The position numbers were made by a program, and so were the translations under genes. The notes under the pieces were generated by a model. The model ran no database searches and was not told the DNA's origin. It was given only the letters and a program-made list of their open reading frames with translations. 64,000 nt of DNA, taken from positions 896,001 through 960,000 of the forward strand of contig OZ244937.1 in the NCBI GenBank assembly GCA_965222075.1. Reading direction: 5' to 3'. This DNA comes from Candidatus Latescibacterota bacterium (GTDB lineage Bacteria; Latescibacterota; UBA2968; GCA-2709665). Within the stretch, counting starts at the first letter, position 1; every line of letters begins with the position of its first letter. Of this stretch, positions 29,454 through 39,944 are shown in pieces.

Positions 29454-30772
29454 TCGTGGGGCTGAGCCACCATACGGCGCCGGTCGAGATCCGGGATGGC
29501 GTGGCCGTTCCGGAGCATGCGCTTCGGTCTGTGCTGAAAACCGCGCACCGGCTGCCGGGGGTGGCCGAGTGTGCGATGGTTTCCACGTGCAACCGCTCGG
29601 AGACCTACGCCGTCACAGATACGCCCGAGGCGGTCCGCGAGGGTGTGGTGGAGACGCTGTGCGGCCTGGGCGGTTTGGATCCCGGCCGGCTCCGAAAGTA
29701 CCTCTTCACGTATTACGATGCAGACGCGGTGCGGCACCTGTTTGAGGTGGCTTCCGGCCTGGATTCGATGATTGTGGGGGAGCCCCAGATTGGGGGGCAG
29801 GTGAAGGCTGCCGGGGCGGCGGCGATGGGGGCCGGAACCAGCGGGACGGTGCTCAGCCGGCTGTTTCGTTCGGCCGGTGAGGCCTCCAAGCGGGCCCGTA
29901 CGGAGACAGAGATCGGCGTTGGGGCCGTGTCGGTGAGTTTCGCGGCGGTGGAACTGGCCAAGAAGATTTTCGGGGACCTGGACGGGCGTTCGGCGCTGGT
30001 GATCGGCGCTGGTGAGATGAGCGAGTTGACGGCCAGGTACCTGGTGGAGAATGGGGTGCGCGCACCGATGGTGGCAAGCCGCACCCGGGCGAGAGCGCAG
30101 GCGCTGGCCGAGCGGGTGGGCGGGGAGGCGATGGGCTGGCAGGATGCGATGGAGGGCCTGCATCGGGCCGATATTGTGATCAGTTCGACAAGCGCGCCCA
30201 CCTATATTCTTCAAAAGGATGCGGTGGCGGCCGCGATGCAGCGGCGGCGCAACCGGCAGATGTTTCTGATCGATATTGCGATTCCCCGGGATATCGAACC
30301 GGAGGTCGGGGAACTCTACAATGTGCTCCTTTACAATATCGATGACCTCCAGCTGGTGGTTGGGGCCAACCTGAAGAAGCGCTGGCAGGAGGCCGAGAAG
30401 GTCCGTGTGATCCTGGAAGAAGAGGTCGCCGCTTTTCTGTCGTGGCTGAATTCCCTGGATGTGGTGCCGGCGATTATGGCCCTCCGGCGGCATTTTCAGG
30501 AGGTGATGGAAGCAGAACTGGAGCGGGCCAGACTGTCCGATTTGACGGACGAACAGAAGGCGAATGTGGCCGATGTGGTCCGCCGCTATATGAACAAGCT
30601 TTTGCACGAACCGGTGACCCGGCTCAAAGGCGCATCGGATACGGGCAATGGTCTGGTCTATGTGGATGCGCTGATGCATCTGTTCGGTCTCCGGACGGAG
30701 GCGGAAGCGGAAGCGGAACCCGATGGGGCGCTGGAGGAACGGAAGCGGCGGGTGGAGAGGATTCGGTCTTAG
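29441..30772 (+). CDS. hemA: Glutamyl-tRNA reductase
   Basis: GLSHHTAPVE, STCNRSE, SGLDSMIVGEPQI, IGAGEM, DIAIPRDIE. Confidence 0.97.
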   Translation: MSIVVVGLSHHTAPVEIRDGVAVPEHALRSVLKTAHRLPGVAECAMVSTCNRSETYAVTDTPEAVREGVVETLCGLGGLDPGRLRKYLFTYYDADAVRHLFEVASGLDSMIVGEPQIGGQVKAAGAAAMGAGTSGTVLSRLFRSAGEASKRARTETEIGVGAVSVSFAAVELAKKIFGDLDGRSALVIGAGEMSELTARYLVENGVRAPMVASRTRARAQALAERVGGEAMGWQDAMEGLHRADIVISSTSAPTYILQKDAVAAAMQRRRNRQMFLIDIAIPRDIEPEVGELYNVLLYNIDDLQLVVGANLKKRWQEAEKVRVILEEEVAAFLSWLNSLDVVPAIMALRRHFQEVMEAELERARLSDLTDEQKANVADVVRRYMNKLLHEPVTRLKGASDTGNGLVYVDALMHLFGLRTEAEAEAEPDGALEERKRRVERIRS

Positions 30773-31696
30773 ATGGATACGCGTGTGGTTATCGGGAGCC
30801 GGGGGAGCCGTCTGGCCCTCTGGCAGGCGGAGTGGGCCCGGAAGGCGCTCCTGAGATACCGGCCGGACCTTCGGATCGAGATTGAGGTGATCAGGACCAG
30901 AGGGGATCGGATTCTGAATGCCCCCTTTTCCGAGATTGGAGGGAAGGGGGTTTTTACCAAAGAGATCGAGGAGGCGCTTCTGGACGGGCGGATCGACCTG
31001 GCCGTGCACAGTCTGAAAGATCTGCCGACCGAGCTTCCCAAAGGGCTGGAGATCGGGGCGGTGAGCCCCCGGGCAGATGTGCGCGATGCCCTGTTGAGCC
31101 AAAACGGGGAGGGGCTGGACGGGCTGAAGCAGGGGGCCCGCGTGGGGACCGGCAGCCTGCGCCGGCAGGCGCAGTTGCGCCACCTGCGGCCGGACCTGGT
31201 ACTGGAAGGGATTCGGGGCAATGTGGATACCCGGCTGAAGAAGCTGGCGCTGGAGGGGTTGGATGCGGTGGTGCTGGCAGCAGCGGGGCTGGAGCGTTTG
31301 GGGTGGAGGGACCGCGTTTCGGAATTCCTTCCGCCAGACCGGGTTTTGCCCGCACCGGGACAGGGGGCGATGGCTGTGGAAGTGCGGTGTGGAGACGAGC
31401 GGGTGATGGGTCTGGTTGCCGGTGTGGAGGATGGGACGGCCCGCCGTATGGTGACTGCGGAACGGGCTATGCTGCGGGTGCTGGGGGGGGGGTGCCGGGT
31501 GCCGATCGGCGCCTGGGCACGGATGGAGGGGGGGCGTCTGGTGGCCGAGGGCATGGTGGCCCTGCCCGATGGGAGCCGGTTGGTGCGGGGGCGCACCGCC
31601 GGAGAGGCTGACCGGGCAGAGGAGGTCGGGAGGAGGCTTGCGGATGCGCTGCTGGCGCAGGGAGCAGGGGAGATTTTGAAGGAGATCGACGCATAG
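30773..31696 (+). CDS. hemC: Hydroxymethylbilane synthase
   Basis: GSRGSRLALWQ, GKGVFTKEIE, AVHSLKD, RGNVDTRL, GGCRVPIG. Confidence 0.97.
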   Translation: MDTRVVIGSRGSRLALWQAEWARKALLRYRPDLRIEIEVIRTRGDRILNAPFSEIGGKGVFTKEIEEALLDGRIDLAVHSLKDLPTELPKGLEIGAVSPRADVRDALLSQNGEGLDGLKQGARVGTGSLRRQAQLRHLRPDLVLEGIRGNVDTRLKKLALEGLDAVVLAAAGLERLGWRDRVSEFLPPDRVLPAPGQGAMAVEVRCGDERVMGLVAGVEDGTARRMVTAERAMLRVLGGGCRVPIGAWARMEGGRLVAEGMVALPDGSRLVRGRTAGEADRAEEVGRRLADALLAQGAGEILKEIDA

Positions 31697-31771
31697 GACC
31701 TGCCCCCCCCTTCCCGATTGTATGGTGCTTATCGAGAGAACCGCGTAACCATTTCAACCGTGAATCAACAC

Positions 31772-33307
31772 ATGGCCGAAGGGAAGGTCTACTTAGTCGG
31801 AGCGGGGCCTGGAGATCCTGAGTTGTTGACGATAAAGGGGCTGCGCTGTGTCCGGCAGGCCGATGTGATCCTCTACGACGGGCTGGCCAACCCCGATTTG
31901 CTTGAGGAGGCCCCTGAAGGGTGCGAGGTGATCGATGTGGGAAAGCACATCGATGGACACAGGCGCGACAGGGATCGGCAACAGGCAAAGATCGATGCGA
32001 CGATGCTGGAGAAGGCCAGGGCCGGTCTCAATGTTGTACGCCTGAAGGGGGGCGACCCGTTCGTGTTCGGACGGGGCGGGGAGGAGGCCGAGGCCCTTCA
32101 AAGCGCAGGTGTGCCTTTCGAGGTGGTGCCGGGCATTACCAGCGCAATCGCAGCGCCGGCCTACGCCGGTATACCGGTGACTCACCGGACGCTTTCCCCT
32201 TATGTGACGTTTGTGACCGGCCACCGGGCGTCTTTGGAAGGGGCGCAGGATGTAGACTGGGAGGGTCTTGCGCGGCTGGGAGGGACGCTGGTGGTTCTGA
32301 TGGGGGTACGCAACCGGGCGGAAGTGGCCGCCAGGCTGATGGCGGGAGGATACGCGGCCGATACGCCGGTTGCGGTTGTGCAGCGGGGTACCCTGCCGTC
32401 TCAGAAGACGGTGCGGACCGCGCTGGAGGGGCTTGGGGGCGTGGATGTGACAAACCCGGCAGCCATTGTGGTGGGTCAGGTGGCCGGGCTTGACTTTTCC
32501 TGGTTTGAGTCCCGGCCGCTGTTTGGGGTGCGGGTCGCCGTGACCCGCACGCGGAAACAGGCGGGCGAGCTGGTCGGCCTGCTTCAGGCTCTGGGGGCGG
32601 AGGTGCTGGAGGCGCCCACGGTCCGGATCGAGGGGCCGGCCGACTGGGGGCCGGTGGACCGGGCGATCGGTGAGATCGAAGCATACGACTGGGTGGTGTT
32701 TTCCAGCGCAAACGGGGTGGAACGCTTTTTCGGCCGAATGCTGGATCTGGAGGGGGACCTGCGGGCTTTGAAAGGGGTCAGGATCGCAGCCGTAGGCCCT
32801 GCTACGGCCGAAAAGGTCGCTGCTTATTACCTGGGCGTTGACCTCTGCCCGTCGCACCACGTCGCAGAGGGGCTGGTCGAAGCGTTCAAACAGGAGGGCG
32901 GGGTTGCCGGAAAACGGATTTTGATCCCCCGTGCCGAGCAGGCCCGGGAGGTACTGCCCGGAGCGCTCCGGGAAATGGGGGGTGACGTGCGGGAGGTGGT
33001 GGTTTACAGGACGGTAAGGCCAGGGGCGTTTCCGGCGGGTGTGGTTTCACGGCTGGTGCGGGGAGAGCTTGATCTGGTGACGTTTACGAGTTCTTCCACG
33101 GCAGGGCATTTTGCCGATTTGCTTGGCCCTCACCGGCTGGAACGGGTGCGCGCCCGGATTCCGGCTGCCAGTATCGGTCCGAGTACTTCGCAGACGGCGC
33201 GGGACCTGGGATTCCGGGTGGTTGCCGAACCCCCCGAGGGTGATATTTCGATCCCGGGCCTGGTCAGGGCTATTCTGGCCTATTATCAGGATCAAATCCA
33301 GGTGTGA
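31772..33307 (+). CDS. cobA: Uroporphyrinogen-III C-methyltransferase/synthase fusion (CobA-HemD)
   Basis: LVGAGPGDP, RLKGGDPFVFGRGGEE; HemD part VTR, FSSANGV, FTSSST. Confidence 0.93.
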   Translation: MAEGKVYLVGAGPGDPELLTIKGLRCVRQADVILYDGLANPDLLEEAPEGCEVIDVGKHIDGHRRDRDRQQAKIDATMLEKARAGLNVVRLKGGDPFVFGRGGEEAEALQSAGVPFEVVPGITSAIAAPAYAGIPVTHRTLSPYVTFVTGHRASLEGAQDVDWEGLARLGGTLVVLMGVRNRAEVAARLMAGGYAADTPVAVVQRGTLPSQKTVRTALEGLGGVDVTNPAAIVVGQVAGLDFSWFESRPLFGVRVAVTRTRKQAGELVGLLQALGAEVLEAPTVRIEGPADWGPVDRAIGEIEAYDWVVFSSANGVERFFGRMLDLEGDLRALKGVRIAAVGPATAEKVAAYYLGVDLCPSHHVAEGLVEAFKQEGGVAGKRILIPRAEQAREVLPGALREMGGDVREVVVYRTVRPGAFPAGVVSRLVRGELDLVTFTSSSTAGHFADLLGPHRLERVRARIPAASIGPSTSQTARDLGFRVVAEPPEGDISIPGLVRAILAYYQDQIQV

Positions 33308-34077
33308 TTCGATGGCCAGGCTGTTGTTTTACCCCCCCCGGTTTTGCCGGGGGTCTCAGGCTGGACGCGGCAACGGGATTCGAGGCGCGACAGGCCCGGC
33401 CGGGACGAATTAGGCCGTTTCGGGCAAAATGTCACAGAAAAAGCGGACCTTCCTGCGGCCCCACGTGGGTTTCAAGAACGCCTCTCAACCGCCCCCCCGG
33501 ACCGGGGTCGCAGTTGCCACAATTGTTGCAAAATGCGCCACTCGTTGCAGATTGCAACACATCCACCCTCGCCCTCTTATTTCTTCCTGTAAGTTATTGT
33601 AAAAAATACGGAAAAACGGATATTAACGCGGATTTTGAGGTTGCATTGGTGGAAAATAATGATTACTTTTAATAATGGATATACCTTGAAAAAATTATAG
33701 GTCGCATCAATACGAATTGTAATTCAAAGTTCAGCCCGAAGCGATAGAAAAAACCGTCGGTTCCCTGACCTGCCAAAGTCGAAAACCGACGGTCCTGAAA
33801 GAAGGTCCACAGCCTGTGTGTCCCCCAGCGCTTTTGTGCTGCGAGACGGGATGCGGCCTTCATTAAAACATATAAAAAAACCCCTGAAATGTCAATGACA
33901 CCCATCCGGAATCGAAAGCGTATCAACTGACCATCGAACTGGTCGCTTCCGATCCGGACGGGGATGACCTGACCTACCGTCAACCTGTACGGTAGTGTTA
34001 TCACCGGAACAGCGCGGTGGGCGGATATTTTTACAACAACACAAGTCCAGCAGGGGTTCCTTAACCGGGATAAACCC

Positions 34078-35328
34078 GTGGCGATCAAGGAATATCTTCC
34101 GGAAGTTATCGCCACACGCACAGCTGAAAACTGCCGACGGCATCCATTCTTTAAGGGAAGTTGGAAGTGGCGGATCGGGGCGATATGCCTGTGTGCCATC
34201 CTTCTTGGGGTCATTTACCACCCTGAGTATGTACCCGGACAACGTGGTCAGCAGCAAGCGGCGCGTCAGCCCTCCGTATTGAAGTCCGGGGCAGGTGTGG
34301 ACGTGGCGTCGGGTCGTCTGCCGAGGTGGCTCGGCAACGAAGGGTGGGAGACGTCTCGTGCGGTCCCGGAACCGGCGGCGGATGATGAGATGGTGGCACA
34401 GGGTAGGGATGGCATCGTCGGGCGCTTTCACGCGATGTTGAAGGCCATTTTGAGTCGCAGGGTGAACGACAAGCCCGGTGAGTATGGGTCCCGGAACCGG
34501 GGGATACGGGCCGATGCGCCGCTTCTGTCGGTACTGTCCACGGCGCGATCGCAGGCCGAGGCATCTGAGGTTAAGCGTCAACGCTCCGCAGGTACGGTTT
34601 TCAGGGACTGTGAGGAATGTCCTCAGATGGTGGTGTTGCCGTCGGGTTCGTTCATGATGGGGTCGCCCGATGGAGAGGAGGGACGGGATGAAGATGAGAG
34701 TCCACGGCATCTTGTAAAGATAGAGTACCGGTTTGCGGTGGGTGTGTATGAGGTGACGTTCGATGAGTGGGAGGCGTGCGTGGCTGCCGGGGGTTGCGGG
34801 GGATACGTCCCGAACGATAAGAACTGGGGACGGGGTGAACGGCCGGTGATCAACGTGAGTTGGGACGATGCGCAGTCGTACGTATCGTGGTTGTCGAAAC
34901 GAACGGGTGTATCGTATCGTCTGTTGAGTGAGTCGGAATGGGAGTATGCGGCGCGTGCGGGTACGACGACGAGGTACAGCTGGGGGGATGACATCGGCCG
35001 CAACCTGGCCAATTGCCGTAGTTGCGGCAGCCGGTGGGACGCCCAGGGCACAGCGCCGGTGGGTTGGTTCCCCGCAAATGCGTGGGGTCTGCACGATATG
35101 CGCGGGAACGTGTGGGAGTGGGTGCAGGATTGCTGGAACGACCACTATCTTCGTGCACCGGCGGACGGGTCGGCCTGGGAGCGGGGAAATTGTTCGCGTC
35201 GCGTGTTGCGCGGGGGCTCGTGGGTCAGCATACCGAGGAATCTGCGTTCGGCGAACCGGCTCAGGTTTACCTCCGTCGGACGGCTCAACGACTTCGGGTT
35301 TCGTGTTGCCCGGACGGTTACCCCTTGA
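34078..35328 (+). CDS. Membrane-anchored FGE-sulfatase/CLec-fold protein, DGR target-like
   Basis: TM near the N-terminus; FRDCEECPQM, FMMGS, SWDDA, RLLSESEWEYAAR, GNVWEW, RVLRGGSW...GFRVAR. Confidence 0.85.
   Translation: MAIKEYLPEVIATRTAENCRRHPFFKGSWKWRIGAICLCAILLGVIYHPEYVPGQRGQQQAARQPSVLKSGAGVDVASGRLPRWLGNEGWETSRAVPEPAADDEMVAQGRDGIVGRFHAMLKAILSRRVNDKPGEYGSRNRGIRADAPLLSVLSTARSQAEASEVKRQRSAGTVFRDCEECPQMVVLPSGSFMMGSPDGEEGRDEDESPRHLVKIEYRFAVGVYEVTFDEWEACVAAGGCGGYVPNDKNWGRGERPVINVSWDDAQSYVSWLSKRTGVSYRLLSESEWEYAARAGTTTRYSWGDDIGRNLANCRSCGSRWDAQGTAPVGWFPANAWGLHDMRGNVWEWVQDCWNDHYLRAPADGSAWERGNCSRRVLRGGSWVSIPRNLRSANRLRFTSVGRLNDFGFRVARTVTP
35197..35328 (+). other. Putative DGR variable region (VR) and IMH
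   Basis: Variable codons after RGGSW mostly end in C (GTC AGC ... CTC ... TCC GTC ... CTC AAC GAC TTC), as expected from AAC-rich template codons. Confidence 0.6.
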
Positions 35329-35361
35329 ATCTTTTCTTCTTTACCTCTTTGGAGATCAATC

Positions 35362-35556
35362 TTGAGCGAAGCGTCCCCTCTACAACCTCGTGTACGCGGC
35401 GGTGGCCGCTCGCGCGAAACCGGCCCGGCGCTGGAGTCGCACTTTCGTTTTCTCGCCTGGTTGGTCCCGACCGTGGAGCGTTTCCCGCGCAGTCAGAAGT
35501 TTCTGCTGGGCGGCCACGACAGCCAAGACGCCATTTGGGTTTGGGCAGTAGCCTGA
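35362..35556 (+). pseudogene. avd: Truncated DGR accessory variability determinant
   Basis: RETGPALESHFRFLAWLVPTVERFPRSQKFLLG matches the Avd N-terminal helix pattern (W..P....FPR..KF.LG); similarity ends near 35512. Confidence 0.7.
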
Positions 35557-35619
35557 GGAGAAGTTGCCATTGCGTTTCGGTCAAATTTGTTGGATATTGC
35601 CTCTGCGTTCTTTATCCTT

Positions 35620-35652
35620 CCTGCCTGCCGCGCCCAACGCGGCGCAGGCAGG
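35620..35652. repeat. CCTGCCTG...CAGGCAGG palindromic element
   Basis: CCTGCCTG-CCGCG-CCCAA-CGCGG-CG-CAGGCAGG. Confidence 0.7.
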
Positions 35653-35692
35653 TCGTTTCAGGTGGTTTGGGACAACCTGAATTTGGATACCG

Positions 35693-35757
35693 GTGGGCGG
35701 GTCCAAAGAGGTTGCGGTGGATGTGCGGGTGGTCTCGGCCACGAACGAGAACCTTAT
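35693..35757 (+). pseudogene. Scrap of a sigma54-dependent activator AAA+ domain
   Basis: VGGSKEVAVDVRVVSATNENL, the conserved DVRVIAATN segment. Confidence 0.55.
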
Positions 35758-35923
35758 GCACTGTCCATTAAATCGATGCTGTTGCCGAATTCCGAATTCT
35801 GTATCGATGCAACTAAACATAGGGCTTACAGAGCCTGAATTCAGGCCACAAACAGCCGTTTATCAACCGCAAGCTCCCTCTTGACCAATTCGGCAACAGC
35901 ATCTAAATCGGGGTAACTCCAGT

Positions 35924-37165
35924 ATGATGAACATGCGCTCGCTCCATGTGCAAATCCCCATCGCGTTGCTCCTCGGCACAATGAGTGGCATGCTGTTAGG
36001 TGAATCCGTTCTCCACTTCGCCTTTTTGGGGACCCTTTTTCTCAAGGGCCTTAAAATGATTATCGTCCCCTTGATCGCCACCTCCATTGTTTCCGGAGTG
36101 GTCGGCATAGGCAAGGTCGGTTATTTTGGACGCTTGAGTGCTCAGACCTTTACCTACTACCTGGGCACCAGCCTGTTGTCCATTATTACCGGCCTGGTAT
36201 TGGTCAATGCCATAAGTCCAGGCAAGGGGGCGCAGTTGCGTCTGCAAGCTCCTCCTGAACAACTGGCCCATTCCATAGCTCAATTCGGCGACGGTCCCAA
36301 AGCCGCTCTTGAGCGGCTGCTGTTGGATATGGTGCCGGATAATGTATTCAAGGCGATGGCTGAGGGACAGATCTTGCCCGTGATCGTCTTTTGCTTCCTT
36401 CTCGGATTTGCCATCATCCGCTTGTCAGATCCGCACCAGAAGCGCCTGCGTAGTTTTTTTCAATCGGCCTTCGAAGCCATGATGCAAATAACCCATTTTA
36501 TTATTCGTCTGGCACCCATCGGCATTTTTGCCCTGGTCGCCAAAGTCGTTGGCACCACCGGCCTGTCGATTTTCGTCGATTTGGGTCTGTACGCCCTTAC
36601 TGTCTTAGTTGGTCTGATCGTCCACGCGGCGATTATTCTACCGCTCGTGCTCTATTTTTTGGGTGGCATATCGCCTTTGGCCCTCCTTCGTGCTCTGATG
36701 CCGGCTCTCCTCACCGCCTTTTCTACCAGTTCCTCTTCGGCGACCTTGCCCATTACCATTGAATCTTTGGAACAACGCGCTGGCGTTTCCAACCGCACCA
36801 CCAGTTTTGTTGCGCCGCTGGGTGCCACCATCAATATGGATGGTACAGCCCTGTTCGAATGCGTCGCCGCCCTATTTATTGCTCAAGCCTATGGGATTGA
36901 GTTAGGCTTTATCCAGCAATTCCTGGTCGTTCTTACCGCTTTGTTGGCCTCCATCGGCGCGGCCGGCATTCCTATGACGGGCCTGGTGATGCTTTCTATT
37001 GTCCTATCCTCTGTGGGTCTGCCCCTGGAGGGGATCGGCCTAATTTTGGCTGTAGATCGCATTTTGGACATGTTTCGCACCACTGTCAATGTCTGGGGCG
37101 ATTCGTGTGGCACTGCCCTGATAGCCCGCTGCCAAGGTGAAAACCCGCTCGTGGCAAAAAATTAG
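35924..37165 (+). CDS. Dicarboxylate/amino acid:cation symporter (DAACS/GltP family)
   Basis: FLKGLKMIIVPL, AFSTSSSSATLP, GATINMDGTAL, DRILDMFRT. Confidence 0.93.
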   Translation: MMNMRSLHVQIPIALLLGTMSGMLLGESVLHFAFLGTLFLKGLKMIIVPLIATSIVSGVVGIGKVGYFGRLSAQTFTYYLGTSLLSIITGLVLVNAISPGKGAQLRLQAPPEQLAHSIAQFGDGPKAALERLLLDMVPDNVFKAMAEGQILPVIVFCFLLGFAIIRLSDPHQKRLRSFFQSAFEAMMQITHFIIRLAPIGIFALVAKVVGTTGLSIFVDLGLYALTVLVGLIVHAAIILPLVLYFLGGISPLALLRALMPALLTAFSTSSSSATLPITIESLEQRAGVSNRTTSFVAPLGATINMDGTALFECVAALFIAQAYGIELGFIQQFLVVLTALLASIGAAGIPMTGLVMLSIVLSSVGLPLEGIGLILAVDRILDMFRTTVNVWGDSCGTALIARCQGENPLVAKN

Positions 37166-37418
37166 GGAATTATGCGAGCAAGGAAGTTGAAGGCGGTTTC
37201 TACTTCAGAAATCCCAATACGCGAAGTGGCGTATTCTCGACTTTGTCCAATTTGGGGTTTAAGCAGCATGTGGAAACTCGCCCGCAGATGAAAGACTCGT
37301 TACATCGAAAGATTTCTCCGGGAGGACCCATTTACGGGTTGCCAAACTGAGGCGTTTTGTTTTAATTTTGTCTGTTCTGAGAAACCCATTTTCACACCCT
37401 TATCACAGGAGGTACAAA

Positions 37419-39944
37419 ATGCAACACAAATGTCGTTTTTTGTCTCTCGTACTCGGCATGGCTGCCATGCTCATTCTGTATGGACCTGCCGTGTCGCAGG
37501 AAACGCCGCGTTCCGAAAGCACAGATACGACATCTGTCTTTAGCGAAGTGATCATCCTCGAAGAATTGGTGGTCATTGGTTCCCGGGCAAAACCGCGTTC
37601 CGTCGTCGAATCGGCCGTGCCCGTTGATGTGGTCAGTAGCGCAGAGATCGCCAGACAGGGCGAAGCCGATCTGCAAAATCTGGTGAGAACGGTTGTGCCT
37701 TCCTTCAGTGTCAACACCCAACCCATCAGTGATGCCTCCACGCTTGTCCGTCCGGCTAATCTGCGCGGCCTGGCCCCCGACCACACGCTGGTACTCATCA
37801 ACGGCAAACGCCGCCATCGCAGCTCTCTCGTCGTTTGGCATGGCAATGGCGTATCAGATGGCGCGCAAGGGGCCGACATATCGGTCATTCCAGCGATCGC
37901 CCTGAAACAGGTGGAAGTCCTGCGCGATGGCGCCTCCGCACAATATGGTTCTGACGCCATTGCCGGCGTGATGAGCTTCCAACTCAAAGACCACTACCGG
38001 GGCGGCTCAATTGAAATCAAACCCGGTATCTATCAGGCAGGCGATGGTTTTAAGTACAATGTTGCTGGCAATATCGGTCTGGGAAGCGAAACTGCGTGGG
38101 CCAACCTCAGTTTGGAATATGGCAACACAGATGATACTGATCGATCTGCACAACGCGATGACGCCAAAGCACTCATTGCCGCCGGCAATACCGATGTGGC
38201 CGATCCCGCCCAAATTTGGGGTTCGCCCATCATTAGAAATGACCTTAAATTCTTTGCCAACTACGGCGGAAACCTGTCGGAAAACACCAGATTCCATGGC
38301 TATGCCAACTATGCGAGCAAAGAAGTGGAAGGCGGATTTTTCTTCCGAAATCCCAATACACGCGGGGGCGTCTTCAGTGCCGATGGTGGTAAGACATTGC
38401 TCGTGGGCAAATTGAACCCCAATGCGCCCGATCCTCCCGCTGTCAACATAACCAACAACGTGGCAGACCCGAACGCGCTACAACAGGTTTTAAATAATAA
38501 AAACGACTATTTCACATTTCGCGAACTCTTTCCGGGTGGTTTTACTCCCCGATTTGGTGGCACCACCGCCGATTATGCCCTTCTCGCGGGTGTTAAAGGC
38601 ACAAATTTTGACCCGCTCTGGACATGGGATCTCAGTGCTTATTACGGAAGTCACGAAGCCGATTTCGTGATTAAAAACACGGTAAATGCCTCTTTGGGAC
38701 GCGATACTCCCACGGAATTTGATCCCGGAGCCTATATCCAAAAAGACTTCAATTTAAATCTCGACTTTACATTTCCGGTAAGCGATCAGGTTTTTTTGGC
38801 CGCGGGTCTCGAATACAGAAATGAAAAATACGAAGTTGTGCAGGGACAACCCGAGTCCTTTCAAATAGGTCCTTTGGCCCCTCAGGGATTCAGTGCTGCG
38901 TCCAATGGATTTTCCGGCTTTAGCGATATTGCTGCTGGCGACTGGAGTCGGTCCAATTATGCGGCTTATGGGGATGCCGAATTAACCCCGTCGGACAATT
39001 GGTTGCTCGGTCTCGCGCTGCGCTATGAAAACTTCAGTGACTTTGGTTCGACCCTCAACTACAAGGCAGCTACCAACTTCAGCATCACGGAAGAACTGAA
39101 ATTGCGCGGCAGTTTCAGCACCTGTTTCAGAGCGCCCACACCCGGTCAACAGAATTCTTTTAACGTATCAACTCGATTCGATCCTGCGTTAAATGATCTG
39201 GTCAACAGAGGTACCATTCCATCAACCCACGCCGCGGCAGAGCTGGTGGGTGGCAAGCCTCTCAACCCTGAAAAGTCGAACAACCTCACGGCCGGCTTTA
39301 TTGTGGACAGGGCAAACTTCAGTTTAACCGTTGATTATTTTCAAATTGACCTGAAGGACCGCCTGGGTATTTCAAAGAACTACTCTCTGAGCGATGCCCA
39401 GCGCGACCAATTGATCGCTTCGGGCATAACCAGCGCGAAAAATATCCAGACCTTTCGTTTCTTCATCAATGACTTCGAAACCAGAACCCGTGGCGTCGAC
39501 ATCGTTTTTGTCACACCTGTGGGCAATGGCGATTTCAGCTTTGTTTACAACCTCACAGACACAGAAGTAACCAAACTCACGGAAACATTGAGCGAGACAC
39601 GCGTTCGGCAACTGGAGGAAGCACTTCCCAAAAGCCGCGTCAACGCGACCCTGGCGCAATCTTTTAACGATATGTGGGATGTCTTGATTCGCATGAGCTA
39701 TTACGATTCCTGGTGGGACAGAGACAACGATCAAACATATCCCGGCGTATGGCCGTTGTTCGATATTGAAACCAGTATCGCACTGAACGAAAAAATGCGG
39801 ATCACGCTTGGCTCCCGCAATGTCCTCAATACCTTTCCAGAAGAAAATAAGAACAAAGGTTCTGTGGGTGAAAAGTACAGCGAGTACACCCCATTTGGTT
39901 TTAATGGGGCATTTTGGTACTCAAAAGTCAGTTATAACTTTTAG
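37419..39944 (+). CDS. TonB-dependent receptor
   Basis: AGGAGG RBS; TonB box EELVVIGSR, LRGLAPDHTLVLINGKRRH, VEVLRDGASAQYGSDAIAGV, terminal SYNF. Confidence 0.93.
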   Translation: MQHKCRFLSLVLGMAAMLILYGPAVSQETPRSESTDTTSVFSEVIILEELVVIGSRAKPRSVVESAVPVDVVSSAEIARQGEADLQNLVRTVVPSFSVNTQPISDASTLVRPANLRGLAPDHTLVLINGKRRHRSSLVVWHGNGVSDGAQGADISVIPAIALKQVEVLRDGASAQYGSDAIAGVMSFQLKDHYRGGSIEIKPGIYQAGDGFKYNVAGNIGLGSETAWANLSLEYGNTDDTDRSAQRDDAKALIAAGNTDVADPAQIWGSPIIRNDLKFFANYGGNLSENTRFHGYANYASKEVEGGFFFRNPNTRGGVFSADGGKTLLVGKLNPNAPDPPAVNITNNVADPNALQQVLNNKNDYFTFRELFPGGFTPRFGGTTADYALLAGVKGTNFDPLWTWDLSAYYGSHEADFVIKNTVNASLGRDTPTEFDPGAYIQKDFNLNLDFTFPVSDQVFLAAGLEYRNEKYEVVQGQPESFQIGPLAPQGFSAASNGFSGFSDIAAGDWSRSNYAAYGDAELTPSDNWLLGLALRYENFSDFGSTLNYKAATNFSITEELKLRGSFSTCFRAPTPGQQNSFNVSTRFDPALNDLVNRGTIPSTHAAAELVGGKPLNPEKSNNLTAGFIVDRANFSLTVDYFQIDLKDRLGISKNYSLSDAQRDQLIASGITSAKNIQTFRFFINDFETRTRGVDIVFVTPVGNGDFSFVYNLTDTEVTKLTETLSETRVRQLEEALPKSRVNATLAQSFNDMWDVLIRMSYYDSWWDRDNDQTYPGVWPLFDIETSIALNEKMRITLGSRNVLNTFPEENKNKGSVGEKYSEYTPFGFNGAFWYSKVSYNF

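Noticed and set aside
29417-31183. Long antisense ORFs (here, 41379-43280, 33892-35145, 2470-3705 and others)
   Set aside because: Shadow ORFs opposite well-supported GC-rich genes, with no motifs of their own.
35329-35920. DGR template repeat or reverse transcriptase
   Set aside because: No AAC-rich copy of the VR and no RT motifs were found by eye here or elsewhere in the window.
37170-37415. Possible riboswitch before the TonB receptor
   Set aside because: Only short stems; no glycine, SAM, TPP or cobalamin consensus recognised. An Rfam search would be needed.
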